Shown: positions 31,613-43,305, counted from the first letter of the stretch. The stretch is 64,000 bases of DNA from Anaeromyxobacter sp. (GCA_049840735.1 JASGJN010000017.1:32001-96000); one strand, 5' to 3'. The notes: generated by a model not told the origin, from the letters alone. Numbers and translations are program-made.

Positions 31613-32182
31613 ATGGCCAAGACCCACGAGAAGACAGCCGCGCGGCGTCTCCTGCTCGCGCTCGGCGGCGTGGCCGCCGGCTGGCTGGTCTCGCTGCCGT
31701 TCGGTTCGCTCATCATCGCGTTCCTGCTGTCGCCGGTGCGCGCCGCGCTCCCTCCCGGTCACCAGCGCATCGTCTACCTGCATTTGCTCGATCCGCTCAG
31801 CCTGATGGTCGTGAAGGGCCCGCTGTTCGGGGCCGTCCTCCTGGCCACGCCCTGGGTGCTGTGGCAGCTCTGGCAGCTGCTCGCGCCCGTGGAGCACCGG
31901 GGACACCGGGGGCTGGCCCTCCGCGTCGCGGGGGTCGCCACGGCCCTGCTCTACGCCGGCGTCGCGTTCGCCTACTGGATGGTGCTGCCCAACACGCTCC
32001 CGCTGGCGCTGGCTCCGGTCGAGGGGATCGCGCCGATGGTGTCGGTCAGCGACGCGTTCGGGCTGGTCGTCATGCCGCTGATCGTCTGCGGCCTCCTCTT
32101 CGAGCTCCCCCTGGCGGTCGCGATCATGGTGGTGCTCTCGCGGCGCCCCGAGGCGCCGTCGCGTCTGCCCGCTGGCCCATGA
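31613..32182 (+). CDS. divergent, truncated TatC-like membrane protein
   Basis: RRLL, PWVLWQLW.LLAP, FAY.MVLP and GLLFELP match TatC TM1-4. Confidence 0.65.
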   Translation: MAKTHEKTAARRLLLALGGVAAGWLVSLPFGSLIIAFLLSPVRAALPPGHQRIVYLHLLDPLSLMVVKGPLFGAVLLATPWVLWQLWQLLAPVEHRGHRGLALRVAGVATALLYAGVAFAYWMVLPNTLPLALAPVEGIAPMVSVSDAFGLVVMPLIVCGLLFELPLAVAIMVVLSRRPEAPSRLPAGP

Positions 32183-32299
32183 GCAGGACCTGTTCGGTCG
32201 CTGCAGCCCTGCTCAGCCGCTTGAACACGTTCGGGGCATGGCCGCTGCGCGGGCCTCCGGGTAATTGAGCAGGCCTGACCCCAGCGTCCAGGAGAGGCC

Positions 32300-32826
32300 G
32301 TGCCCACCAAGACGAAGCGCCAAGCGCCTCGCCGCGCCACGAACGCCCGCAAGGCCAGAAGTCCCGCGGCGAAGGCCAAGGCCGCGGCCTCCCCGGCCAG
32401 GAGAGCGCCCTCGCGGCAGCCCCCCAAGCCGCGGCTGCTGAGCGGCGGCAACCCGCAGATCGCCAAGGGGGACGGCGACGCCCCGGTGCAGGCGTACATC
32501 GCGGCCATGCCCGGCTGGAAGCGCGAGGTCGGGCGCCGCCTCGACGCGCTCATCACCCGCACCGTCCCCGGCGTGCGCAAGGCGGTGAAGTGGAACTCGC
32601 CCTTCTACGGCGTCGAAGGGCAGGGCTGGTTCCTCTGGCCCATGTCTTCACGCGCTACGTGAAGGTGACCTTCTTCAAGGGTAGCTCGCTGCAGCCGCTC
32701 CCGCCCGGCGAGTCCAAGGTCGCCGAGACGCGGTACCTCGACCTCCACGAGGGCGAGCCGAAGGACGAAGCCCAGCTGGCGAGCTGGATCCGCCAGGCGG
32801 CCAGCGTGCCGGGCTGGGGAGGCTAA
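32300..32826 (+). CDS. DUF1801/YdhG-like protein (frameshift ~32638)
   Basis: LLSGGNPQIAKG, KAVKWNSPFYG; continues YVKVTFFKG..WIRQA. Confidence 0.8.
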
Positions 32827-32853
32827 GAGCTGAAGGGAAACCGCGCCACCATC

Positions 32854-33891
32854 CTACCGCTCCGCTCCCCTCACCAGCCCGAGCCGGACCAGGCTCTCCC
32901 CGGTCGCCACAATCGCCTCCTCCGCCGGCCGGGGGCACCAGCCCAGGAGGCGCTGCGCCTTCGCGCTGGTGGCGTTCTTCGGGTTCCCGAGCTCCGGCAG
33001 CACCTGCCGCGCCGCTGCGTCGCGGAGCGAGGCCAGGCGCAAGATCCAGTCCGGCACCTGGAGCGACGGCACGCGCCGCGCCGCGGCGCCCATCCGGCCC
33101 TTCAGCACCCTGGCGATCCCCAGCATGGTCAGGAAGTCGCCGGCCACGGCCAGGAACCGTTCGCCGCTGGCTGAGGGGTGCGTCATGGCCCGGACGTGCA
33201 GGTCGGCCACGTCGCGGACGTCCACCACGCCGAAGCTGACCTTCGGACACCCCGGCACCGCGCCGTCGAGCAGCCGCTTCACGATCAGGATGGACGTGGA
33301 GTACTCGGTCCCGAGCACCGGGCCGAGCACCACCACCGGGTTGACGGTCGCGAGCTCCAGCCCCCGCCCCTCGCGCGTGATGAAGTCCCACGCGGCGCGC
33401 TCAGCCAGGGTCTTGGACCGCGGATAGGGCTGCACCCCCGGCCCGTCCACGTCCGTCCAGGTGGTCTCGTCGAAGGGCGCCGTCCGCGGCGCGTGGCCGT
33501 ACCCGACGGCCGCGAACGACGACGTGAGCACCACCCGCCTCACGCCGGCGTCCCGGGCGGCGCGGAGGACGCGCAGCGCCCCCTCGCGCGCAGGAACCAC
33601 CAGCTCGTCAGCATCCTTCGGCAGCGTGGGCGGGAACGGCGAGGCCAGGTGCAGGACGCGCTCGCATCCCGCGGCGGCCTCCGCCCACCCCACGTCCGTG
33701 TTGAGGTCGGCCAGCGCGAAGCTGAGCCGGTCTGCCGGATCGACGCCGGCGGCGCGGAGCAGCGCCCGGAGCTCCGCCTCGCGCCGGGCGCTCCGGACCG
33801 TGGCGCGCACCCGGTGGCCGTCCGCGAGCAGCCTGAGGATGGTGTGGCTCCCGATGAACCCGGAACCGCCTGTCACGAGGACCGTCGACAT
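32854..33891 (-). CDS. NAD-dependent epimerase/aldehyde reductase (extended SDR)
   Basis: VTGGSGFIG, TSSFAA, YPRSKTLAERAAW. Confidence 0.92.
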   Translation of the reverse strand: MSTVLVTGGSGFIGSHTILRLLADGHRVRATVRSARREAELRALLRAAGVDPADRLSFALADLNTDVGWAEAAAGCERVLHLASPFPPTLPKDADELVVPAREGALRVLRAARDAGVRRVVLTSSFAAVGYGHAPRTAPFDETTWTDVDGPGVQPYPRSKTLAERAAWDFITREGRGLELATVNPVVVLGPVLGTEYSTSILIVKRLLDGAVPGCPKVSFGVVDVRDVADLHVRAMTHPSASGERFLAVAGDFLTMLGIARVLKGRMGAAARRVPSLQVPDWILRLASLRDAAARQVLPELGNPKNATSAKAQRLLGWCPRPAEEAIVATGESLVRLGLVRGAER

Positions 33892-34110
33892 CGCAGCTGC
33901 CTCCTGGCAGGCGAGCATACAGGCTACCGGGGAGGACCCGGCCAGCGAAGCGCAGCTGGTCCCTCGACCAGGTGCCGCCCGGGCTACCGCTGAGCCGGCT
34001 GAATGTGAACCCGCAGGATTCCGTCCCAGGCAGCGACGACGCTCTAACATCTCACAGGGGCCGCGGAGCGTAGCCTGCCGCCTCGGCCCGTTCGAGCCCC
34101 GGAGGAAGCA

Positions 34111-34875
34111 ATGCGAAGCAAGCCGTTCGTGATCGGAACGCTGGCGGTCCTGCTTGGTTGCGCGGGCGTCAGCAAGGACCAGTACAAGGCCAAGGAAATG
34201 GAGGCGGCGAAATACAAGCAATCGGCGCAGGAGCAGACGGACCAGATCGCGACGCTGCAGCAGCAGGTGACGTCACTCGAGCAGCAGAACAAGGAACTCC
34301 AGAACAAGTCCCAGGCCCTCGGGTCGCAGACCGAGAGCCTCCAGAGCCAGCTCCACGCCACCAGCGCGACGGCGGCGGACCTCCAGGGCAAGCGGCCGGT
34401 GAAGATCAACCAGCCCGTGCTCTTCAAGGAGAACTCCTCCAAGCTCACGACGGAGGGCAAGCGATCGCTGGACTCCATCGCCGATGCGCTCGCGGGGAGC
34501 AAGGACCGCGCGATCCTGGTCTCCGGCTTCACCGACGGCGCGGAGGCGCCGGGGAAGAGCGCCGACGCGAACCGCTGGCAGCTCTCGGCCAACCGGGCCC
34601 TCACCGTGGCCAAGTACCTGGCCGGCCGCGGGGTGGACCCGACCATGATCTCGGTGGCGGGCTTCGGCCAGGCGCGCCCGGTCGCCTCCAACGACACGCT
34701 GGCGACCCGGGCCCAGAACCGGCGGGTCGAGATCGTCCTCACGCCCGCCAACCAGGAGGTCCTGACCATCGACCTCAAGCCGGCCGAGCTCATGCATCAG
34801 GGGACCGGATCCGGGAGCGGTGAGCAGCAGGGCCAGCAGCAGGAGCAGCCGCAGCAACCGCAGCAGCAGCCATGA
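34111..34875 (+). CDS. OmpA/MotB-domain lipoprotein with coiled coil and Gln-rich tail
   Basis: Lipobox LLGC, GFTD, WQLS.NRA, NRRVEI. Confidence 0.88.
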   Translation: MRSKPFVIGTLAVLLGCAGVSKDQYKAKEMEAAKYKQSAQEQTDQIATLQQQVTSLEQQNKELQNKSQALGSQTESLQSQLHATSATAADLQGKRPVKINQPVLFKENSSKLTTEGKRSLDSIADALAGSKDRAILVSGFTDGAEAPGKSADANRWQLSANRALTVAKYLAGRGVDPTMISVAGFGQARPVASNDTLATRAQNRRVEIVLTPANQEVLTIDLKPAELMHQGTGSGSGEQQGQQQEQPQQPQQQP

Positions 34876-35010
34876 CGTGCGGCGACGGCGCGGCCCCCTC
34901 AGACCAAGGGGCGCATCCGATCGCGGTTCGACGAGCTCACCGCGATCGGAGTGCCGTCTACCCTGCACCGGCTCGCGCCAGCACCGGGGCGGTCCGCGGC
35001 CCCGCACCGC

Positions 35011-35670
35011 TCACGCCCGCCGCCGTCCCCGCAGCACCACGTCGCCCTCGGTCGCCCCACCGCGAAGCTCGCGGCACTCGACCCCACCAAACCCCGCCGC
35101 TGCCGCGGCCCGGGAGATATCCTCGGTGGCGTGGAGCTGGAACCCGTGCCGGGTGATCTGGCCGAAGCGGCGCAGCTTGTCGGCCGACGAGAAGCCGAGC
35201 GTGAGCAGGCCCCCGGGCGCGGTGACCCGGTGCAGCTCGCCGAACGCGTGGGCGAGGTCGGGCCAGAAGTAGACGGTGTTGGTGGAGGCGACCACGTCGA
35301 AGACAGCGTCCGGGAGCGGCAGCGCCTCCACCGGACCGCGCTCGAGGCGCACTCGCGCCGGAGCCAGCCGCCCTGTGCGCGGGCGGAGCCACGCCACGGC
35401 CGCCTCTGAGGGATCGACCCCGGTCAGGTCCAGGACCCCGCGGCCCGCGGCCAGCGTGAGGAGGCGGCCGCCTCCGAAGCCGACGTCGAGGAGGCGCACC
35501 GCCCCGGAGAGCGGGATGCCCTCGAGCGTGGCCTCGATGAGCGCCCGGTTCCCCCGGTTCAGGAAGCGCGTCATCACGACCCGGCCAAACCAGCCGCGCG
35601 GATGCGCCAGCTGGGCGGCCAGCGCGGCGCCGAAGGGGGCGGCCAGCTGGAAGATGCGGCGGGTGCGCAT
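35011..35670 (-). CDS. class I SAM-dependent methyltransferase
   Basis: QLAHPRGWFG, LDVGFGGG, NTVYFW. Confidence 0.88.
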   Translation of the reverse strand: MRTRRIFQLAAPFGAALAAQLAHPRGWFGRVVMTRFLNRGNRALIEATLEGIPLSGAVRLLDVGFGGGRLLTLAAGRGVLDLTGVDPSEAAVAWLRPRTGRLAPARVRLERGPVEALPLPDAVFDVVASTNTVYFWPDLAHAFGELHRVTAPGGLLTLGFSSADKLRRFGQITRHGFQLHATEDISRAAAAAGFGGVECRELRGGATEGDVVLRGRRRA

Positions 35671-36197
35671 GGGGAGCGCAGTCTAGCAGGCTGCCACCTT
35701 CGCCTCCGGGCCGAGCAAGCCCCTCCCCTCCTCGGCGCCGCGGGGACTTGAGCCGCGTCACTCCCTGTGAATCCGGTGGTGCATCCTGAGACCCGCGCTC
35801 AGGGCCAGCTGCCGAATGTGACCTGATTGCAGCGAGGTCTCGCGGCCCGTCGTCACGTTCCGTGAAGCGGCCTGAGAGCTTCTCAGCGCCGTTTAAGAGA
35901 ACGGACCAGTTTTCCGGTGGTTACACGTCCTTCTTGGGGCGAGGGCCCACGATTCAATCTCTCACGATTGGTGACCATCTCCACGTCCAAGCCGGCGTCA
36001 CCTTGTCGGGTTTTTGACGCCCATCAACGGACGGTCAACCACCCGCGGCGCCGGTGTACCGCTCCCCACCGACATGCCTCCCCTCGGGCTCGACAAAACC
36101 GTCGCCCGCGATGCGCCCGCCGAAGGGAAGTGCCGCGCGCCGTGACGGCGCCGGGAGCAGGGACGGCGGGGGCCACGAACCGAGGAGGAGGGTCCAG

Positions 36198-39100
36198 ATG
36201 AAGCGACTCACAGTGATGGTCCTGGCGGCGCTGGTCGCGGCGGGATGTGGAGGGCCGTCGGAGAAGCAGACGACGCGCCCCAGCGGTCCCAGGGTGGGCG
36301 GCACGTCCAAGGCGGAGCGGAAGGCGGCGCTCACGGCGGCGGCGCAGGCGCTGACCGACACCGAGCGCCACGTCCCGCACTACTTCGGCCCGTTCCCGAA
36401 CTGGGCCAACAGCCCGTACACCCTCCCCGACGCGCAGGTCGTCATCACCGGTGACGGCACCGGCGCGACCGCCACCGCGACCGTGGGCGCCGGCGGCGCC
36501 GTCACGGCCATCACCGTGACCGACCCCGGCAACGGCTACTCGAACGCCACCATCACCATCACCGGCGCGGGCACCGGGGCGACCGCCCGCCCCCGCATCA
36601 ACGAGAACGGCTACGTGAAGTCGATCGCGGTGACGGCCGCGGGCGCGGGCTACACCGCGCCGGCCGTGGCCATCACGGGCGGCCGCGGCAACGGCGCCAC
36701 CGCCAGCGCGTTCGGGGGCGTGGACGCCGTCCAGCTGGTCTCCGGCGGCAGCGGCTACACCTTCCCCACCGTGGACTTCGACCTGCCCGACGGGCCGGAC
36801 GGCGTCGCGGCGGTGGCGCACGCCGAGATGGACGCGACCGGCACCATCACCGCGGTGATCATCGACAGCCCCGGCTCCGGGTACTCGCGGGCGCCGAACG
36901 TCGTGATCCGCAACGGCACGATCTACGATCCTGCCCTGCCCGCCGAGGGCGCCACCTTCGCCGCCGCGACGGCCACGTCCACGCTGCGCGTGGACGCCAT
37001 CACCCTCGACAGCTTCGGCACCAGCTACAACAAGGCCCCCCTGGTCACCATCAGCGACACGGCCGGCACCGGCAGCGGCGCGCTGGCCACCGCCACCGTC
37101 CAGCGCGGCGGCGTCGTCTCCATCACGGTCCGCAACGGCGGGTCCGGATACGTGACCCCCGGCGGCATCCGCAAGTTCGTGGACACGCTGGCCGGCCTGG
37201 GGCCGAGCGCGGCCAACAACCTGGGCCAGTACATCCCGGTCGCGCAGCCGGACGTGGCCACCTTCCCGAACGCCGACTACTACGAGATCGCGGTGGTCGA
37301 ATACACGGAGAAGATGCACAGCGACCTGCCGCCCACCAAGCTGCGCGGCTACGTGCAGCTCGAAACTGCCCAGATCACCGGCGCGCACTACCCGCTGCCG
37401 GGCGGCCGCTTCGGCGTGGACCGCCCGCACTACCTGGGGCCGACGATCGTCGCGCAGAAGGATCGCCCGGTCCGCATCACCTTCTTCAACCTGCTGCCCA
37501 CCGGCGCGCAGGGCGACCTGTTCCTCCCGGTGGACTCCAGCATGATGGGCTCAGGCGAGGGCCAGATGATGATGCCCTGGGATCCGACCCCGACCACCGG
37601 CGGCACGGTGCTGGACGAGATCCGCAACCCGATGTGCACCGGGCAGAGCTACGACGCCGACATGGGCATGTGGATGACCATGCCCAAGATGACGGAGCAC
37701 TGCTTCGCCGACAACCGCGCCACGCTGCACCTCCACGGCGGCAACACGCCCTGGATCAGCGACGGCACCCCGCACCAGTGGATCACGCCGGCCGACGAGA
37801 TGACGCCGTGGCCGGAGGGCGTGGCGGTGAAGAGCGTGCCGGACATGGTGGGCGACACGCGGCCCGCCGGCGTGCCCGACTGCTCCGGGCCCAACGACGG
37901 CTGCATGAGCTTCTACTACACGAACCAGCAGAGCGCCCGGCTCATGTTCTACCACGACCACTCGTGGGGCATCACCCGGCTCAACGTCTACGGCGGTGAG
38001 GCCGCGGGCTACCTGATCCAGGACTCCACCGAGCAGTCGCTGGTCTCGAGGGGCGTCCTGCCGGCCGACCAGCTCCCGCTCATCATCCAGGACCGGACCT
38101 TCGTCCCGCAGGCCCCGCAGCTCGCAGAGCAGGACCCGACCTGGGACGCGGCGCGCTGGGGCGGCTGGGGCAGCCTCTGGTACCACCACGTCTACATGCC
38201 GGCGCAGAACCCGGGCGACCCGAGCGGCATGAGCGCGTACGGGCGCTGGATGTACGGCGCCTGGTTCTGGCCGCCTGCGACGGACGTGAAGTACGGGCCC
38301 ATCGCCAACCCCTACTTCGATCCCAACTGCCGCCTGGACGACCCGGCCACCTGGCAGTACGCCACCGACCCGTTCTGCGAGCCCGAGCTCATCCCCGGCA
38401 CGCCCAACATCTCGGCGGGCATGGAGCAGTTCAACGACACGCCGATCGTCAACGGCACGGCCTACCCCACCGTCACGCTGCAGCCCAAGGCCTACCGCCT
38501 GCGGATCCTGAACGCGGCCAACGACCGCTTCTTCAACCTGCAGTGGTACGTGGCCGACGCCACCGGCACCGAGGTGGCGCTCAACGCTGCCGAGCTGGCC
38601 GCCGCGCAGCTCGATCCGGTGGTCTTCCCCACGCCCGACACCACGCTCAGCCCGGTCGGCCCGAGCTGGATCCAGGTCGGCACCGAGGGCGGCTTCCTCC
38701 CAGCGCCGGTCGTCATCCCCAACCAGCCCATCACCTGGATCACCGATCCGACCCGCTTCGACGTCGGCAACGTGGACCTGCATTCGCTGCTGCTGGCGCC
38801 CGCCGAGCGCGCCGACGTGGTGGTGGACTTCTCCCAGTTCGCCGGGAGGACCCTCATCCTCTACAACGACGCGCCGGCCGCCTTCCCGGCCCGCGTGCCC
38901 AGCTACGACTACTACACCGGCGCCCCTGACCTGAGCCCGGTGGGCGCGCCCAAGATCTCCCCGGCTACGGCCCGAACACCCGGACCATCATGCAGGTGAG
39001 GATCGGCACCGGCGCCACCACGCCGTTCAACCTGGGCGCGCTCCAGGCGGCCTTCCGCCACCACGCCGACGGCTCGGGCGTCTTCGAGTCCGGCCAGCAC

Positions 39101-40261
39101 CCCATCATCGTCGGCCAGGCGGCCTACAACCAGACCTACGGCACGAGCTTCGCCGCGGCCGGCTGGTGCAGCTCGCCCACCTCCACCAACAAGTGCGACG
39201 GGTACGCCCGCATCTCGCAGCAGGGCACCGATCCCTTCACCTTCGACACGCTGCGCGGGGCCAAGCTCTCCATCCCCTTCCAGCCGAAGGCCATCCACGA
39301 CGAGATGAACGCGACCAGCTTCGACGAGTACGGGCGCATGCAGGCCAACCTGGGCGTCGAGGCCGTCCCGGCCACGCCCGGCCTGCAGAACGTGAACCTG
39401 TTCCCGTACGTGATGCCGCCGACCGAGCTCATCGACACCACCGACCTGCCGCGCACCAGCCACGTGACGCCGATCGCGGTGGCCAGCGACGGGACGCAGA
39501 TCTGGAAGATCACCCACAACGGCGTGGACACGCACCCCATCCACTTCCACGCCTTCGACGTCCAGGTCCTGAACCGCGTCACCTGGGACAACATCGTGAT
39601 GCCGCCTGATCCCAACGAGCTGGGCTGGAAGGACACGGTCCGCGTCAGCCCGCTGGAGGACACCATCGTGGCGCTGCGGCCCATCATCCCGGTGCTACCC
39701 TGGGAGCTGCCCAACAGCGTCCGGCTCCTCGACCCGAGCCGCCCGGACGGCGCGGTCATGACCAGCGCCACCATCGCCGACCCGCTGGGCCTGCCCATCC
39801 TCGCCAGCCCCACCGGTGAGCCCATCGACGTGAGCAACCACCTGGTCAACTTCGGCGGCGAGTACGTCTACCACTGCCACATCCTCAGCCACGAGGAGAT
39901 GGACATGATGCGGCCGGTGCTCCTGGCCTACCCGCCGCTCGCGGCCACGCCGGCCTACGACGGCGCGGCCATCGCCTGGACCGACGCGTCCGTGGCGGAG
40001 ACGGCCTACGCGGTGGAGCAGTGGGTGGACGGCGCCTGGGTCGAGGTGTGGCGCACCAACCGCGACCTGGCCAGCCCGAACGACACCGGTGAGCTGCTGA
40101 GCTACGCCGGGCCGTTCGTGAGCGGGGAGCGCTACCGGGTGGTGGCCGAGAACACGGTCGGTGACACCTGGAACTACGCCGACCCAGGCCTCAACGAGAT
40201 CGTGTCGGGCGGGTTCCCGACCGTCACTGCCCGGTCCACGGCGGAGCTCACCATCCCGTGA
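36198..40261 (+). CDS. large lipoprotein multicopper oxidase (apparent frameshift ~38958)
   Basis: GAGGAG RBS, lipobox VAAGC, HLHGG, FYHDH, HPIHFH, YHCHILSHEEMDMM; adding one base after GATC 38954 gives KILPGYGPNTRTIMQ. Confidence 0.92.
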
Positions 40262-40343
40262 CGTGATTCAGGTTCCGCCCAGGGCCGGGAGGCCCTGGGC
40301 GGTTCCTGGCACCTCCCAGACATCGTTTCCACTGGAGCCAAAG

Positions 40344-41330
40344 ATGGCCTTCCATGACCTGAAGCCGCACCACGCGGCGGCCCTGCTCGCCCTGACGCTG
40401 GCAGCGTGCGCCGGCAGCAGCGACCCCACCCTGCAGTCCCTCGCCATCGGCGACGGCACGAGCTACGCCGAGGTCGGGGTGCTGAAGCAGCTCCCCCTCA
40501 CCGGCCAGTTCTCGGATGGAGCGAGCAAGCCGATCACCGGGGGCGTCACCTGGACCTCGTCGGACCCGTCGCTTGCGGCCGTGGACGCGAACGGCGTCAT
40601 GTCCCCCTGGACCGACGGCACCGTCCAGATCACCGCCACGCACACCGCCACCGGCCTCACCGCCACGGCCGAGGTGGTCACGCGCCGTTTCACCGCCGTG
40701 CCCGCGGACGCGGCGCTCGTCTCCGGCCAGGTGGACACCGGGGCCGCGTACTTCCACGTCTCCGGCCTCACCCCCGGCATGATGTACGTCCCCGCCGCGT
40801 TCGGGATGACCGACGACGTGGACCTGCTGGTCTACCCGGACATCTCCATGACCCGCGGCACCGAGCTCTGCGCCTCCTTCTCGGTCGGCCGCTTCGACGA
40901 CTGGTGCATCGCGCCGGCCACCGGGACCGGCGAGCTGTGGGTGACGGTGGACGGGCAGTGGACGGGCCACGGGGCCAGCTTCGACCTGGACGTGCCCGCC
41001 GCCCCCGAGGTCGCCGCGGCGCTGACGCTCGGCCTGGCCGAGGTGCCCTACGCCGGCGCGATCGGCTCCAACCGCCAGGTGGTCAAGGTGACCGGGCTCG
41101 CGCCCGGCGCCGCCTACGAGGTGCGGCTCTCCGGGCTGACCGCCGACGTGGACCTGGAGGTCTACGCCGACCGCTACAAGTACGACTCGCTGTGCGAGTC
41201 CTTCGTCAGCGGGACGTCCGACGACGCCTGCGACGCCACCGCGGGCGAGTCCGGCGAGCTCTACCTGGAGCTCGACGGCGAGAGCTCGGCGGAGGGCGGG
41301 GACTACACGCTCTCGCTCACGGCGCGCTGA
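40344..41330 (+). CDS. lipoprotein with an Ig-like (Big_2-type) and two PPC-like domains
   Basis: Lipobox LAAC, VTWTSSDP..A.VDANG, two repeats of DxDLxVY..C......D.C. Confidence 0.75.
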   Translation: MAFHDLKPHHAAALLALTLAACAGSSDPTLQSLAIGDGTSYAEVGVLKQLPLTGQFSDGASKPITGGVTWTSSDPSLAAVDANGVMSPWTDGTVQITATHTATGLTATAEVVTRRFTAVPADAALVSGQVDTGAAYFHVSGLTPGMMYVPAAFGMTDDVDLLVYPDISMTRGTELCASFSVGRFDDWCIAPATGTGELWVTVDGQWTGHGASFDLDVPAAPEVAAALTLGLAEVPYAGAIGSNRQVVKVTGLAPGAAYEVRLSGLTADVDLEVYADRYKYDSLCESFVSGTSDDACDATAGESGELYLELDGESSAEGGDYTLSLTAR

Positions 41331-41358
41331 CCGCGATCAAGGGTTCATCACGCAGGTC

Positions 41359-41392
41359 CGGAGGGACGACGGCGCGAGCTGTCGTCCCTCCG
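41359..41392. terminator. hairpin between convergent genes
   Basis: CGGAGGGACGACGGC-gcga-GCTGTCGTCCCTCCG. Confidence 0.7.
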
Positions 41393-41405
41393 CTCATGTA
41401 GACCG

Positions 41406-41801
41406 TCAGCCCGGCTTCGCGCCCTGGTTCAGCTCGACCGCCTCGCGCACCAGCGCCTCGAGCGCCTTCTCATCCAGCTTCTCGCCCTCGCGAAGGTCGA
41501 TGGCGCGCCGGGCGTTGCCGTCCAGGCTGGAGTTGAACAGGCGGCCCGGGTCCGCGAGCGCCGCGCCCTTGAAGAAGGTGAGCTTCACGACGCTCTTGTA
41601 CGTCTCCCCGGTGCAGATGATCCCGCCGTGGGACCAGACCGGGACGCCTCGCCACTTCCACTCCTCGACCACCCCCGGATCGGCCTGCTTGATGACCGCG
41701 CGCACGCGGGCCAGCAGCTTGCCGCGCCAGTCGTCCAGCTCCGCGATCCGGGCGTCGATGAGCTCCGAGGGCTTCCCTGCGCTCGACGAGGTCTTCTTCA
41801 T
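41406..41801 (-). CDS. DUF1801/YdhG-like protein
   Basis: DWRG, EEWKWRGVPVW, KLTFFKGA.L.DP. Confidence 0.88.
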   Translation of the reverse strand: MKKTSSSAGKPSELIDARIAELDDWRGKLLARVRAVIKQADPGVVEEWKWRGVPVWSHGGIICTGETYKSVVKLTFFKGAALADPGRLFNSSLDGNARRAIDLREGEKLDEKALEALVREAVELNQGAKPG

Positions 41802-42133
41802 GTCCTCTCCAGGCGCCTCCGTGTAACCGGCGAAGCGCCCGGGAGCCGCAGATGGTGACCGGGGCCCCAAGCGGTCGGTGGGATCGTGGCGGGAGCGGAG
41901 CCTGGCCCAGCCCGTGAGCCCGCCCGGAACCTGGTGCTGGACCTGCGCCAGTTCCACGAGGTGGAGCCGGTGGATGGGGATGGGCGCGCCTAGCTGGGTG
42001 TCGAAGCGCTGCCGCCAACCCGGATCCGGTCAGCCTGAGCGTAGCCCCGCCACCAGGCGGGGCGGAGTCGAAGGCCGGCCGGCGATTCCCGTTCCCGCTT
42101 GCCTCGGCAGGGCGCGCCTGGTTCGATGACGGC

Positions 42134-42823
42134 ATGCGCCTCGCCTGTCCGGTCTGCCGGGCCGACATCCCCGACTCGAACGTGAACATGGACCGCGCCA
42201 TCGCGCGCTGTCCGGCCTGCGGCGACGTCTTCGGCTTCGCCGACCAGGTGCCTGGCGCGCTCCGCGGCTCACGCACCCGCCCGGCCGTCCCGCTGCCGAA
42301 GCGCTTCAAGGTCTCGGGCCCCCCGCTCCGGATCGCCTTCCGCTGGTTCTCCCCGGCGGCCTTCTTCTTCCTCTTCTTCACCCTGTTCTGGAACGGGATC
42401 CTCTCCGTCTTCCTGGTCCAGATCGTGACCAGCCACAGCTACGGCGTGCTGCTCTTCCTCTCCCTGCACCTCGCCGTCGGCCTGTTCATGACCTACCGCA
42501 CGCTCGCCTCGTTCCTCAACCGGACCGAGGTCACGGTGGAGTCGGGGCAGCTCTGCGTCCGCCACCGCCCCCTCCCCTGGCCCGGCAGCCGCCAGCTCCC
42601 GGGCCACACGCTCAAGCAGCTCTGGGTGCGCGAGCGGATCTCGCGGGGCAAGAACGGGACCTCGGTGACCTACGAGCTGCAGGCCGAACGTCACCAGGGG
42701 AAGCCCCTCAAGCTGCTGTCCGGCCTCGAGCAGCCCGAGCAGGCGATCTTCCTGGAGCAGCAGCTGGAGATGCACCTGGGCATCCAGGACCAGCCGGTCG
42801 CGGGCGAGCTGGCGCGATCGTGA
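42134..42823 (+). CDS. Zn-ribbon membrane protein
   Basis: CPVC..CPAC, then two TM segments and a soluble C-terminus. Confidence 0.75.
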   Translation: MRLACPVCRADIPDSNVNMDRAIARCPACGDVFGFADQVPGALRGSRTRPAVPLPKRFKVSGPPLRIAFRWFSPAAFFFLFFTLFWNGILSVFLVQIVTSHSYGVLLFLSLHLAVGLFMTYRTLASFLNRTEVTVESGQLCVRHRPLPWPGSRQLPGHTLKQLWVRERISRGKNGTSVTYELQAERHQGKPLKLLSGLEQPEQAIFLEQQLEMHLGIQDQPVAGELARS

Positions 42824-42870
42824 ACCCCACCTGACGACGTGGTGGTGTGACTCGCCGCGCGAACCTGAGC

Positions 42871-43305
42871 TCACCCCAGCAGCGCGTAGATGCGGCGGTC
42901 CGTGCCGCATCGGCGGCACCGCATGACGTGCACCGAGAGGTCCCGGCCCCGGTGGCGGAAGTACTCCGCCGGATCGCCCGGCGGATGCGTTCGCCCGCCG
43001 CAGGCCAGGCAGGAGTACGTGGCCGTCCGCTGCTCCAGCTCGGCGGCGTGGCGCGCCCGGATGAAGTCGTCCGGGGAGTCGCCCGTCGGAGCCGGCCGGG
43101 GCGGCCGGAGCTGGTGCCACAACCCTGCAATCATGGGCTCCAACGTCCCGGCGCGGAGCATGCCGAGCAGGATGACCGATGCGCCGGCGCAGAGGACGAT
43201 CAGCAGCTGCACCTGGCGCTCGGAGAAGCCGCCGGCCTGTGCCACCACTGGGAACAGGCAGAGCAGGCCGAAGCGGAGCGACGGGCAGAGCCAGGAGGAG
43301 CGCAC
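42871..43305 (-). CDS. hypothetical membrane protein with C-terminal Zn ribbon
   Basis: Hydrophobic segments, then CLAC..CRRC; start uncertain. Confidence 0.55.
   Translation of the reverse strand: MRSSWLCPSLRFGLLCLFPVVAQAGGFSERQVQLLIVLCAGASVILLGMLRAGTLEPMIAGLWHQLRPPRPAPTGDSPDDFIRARHAAELEQRTATYSCLACGGRTHPPGDPAEYFRHRGRDLSVHVMRCRRCGTDRRIYALLG

Noticed and set aside
34820..34872. CAG-rich tandem repeat
   Set aside because: Encodes a low-complexity Gln-rich tail of the OmpA-domain protein
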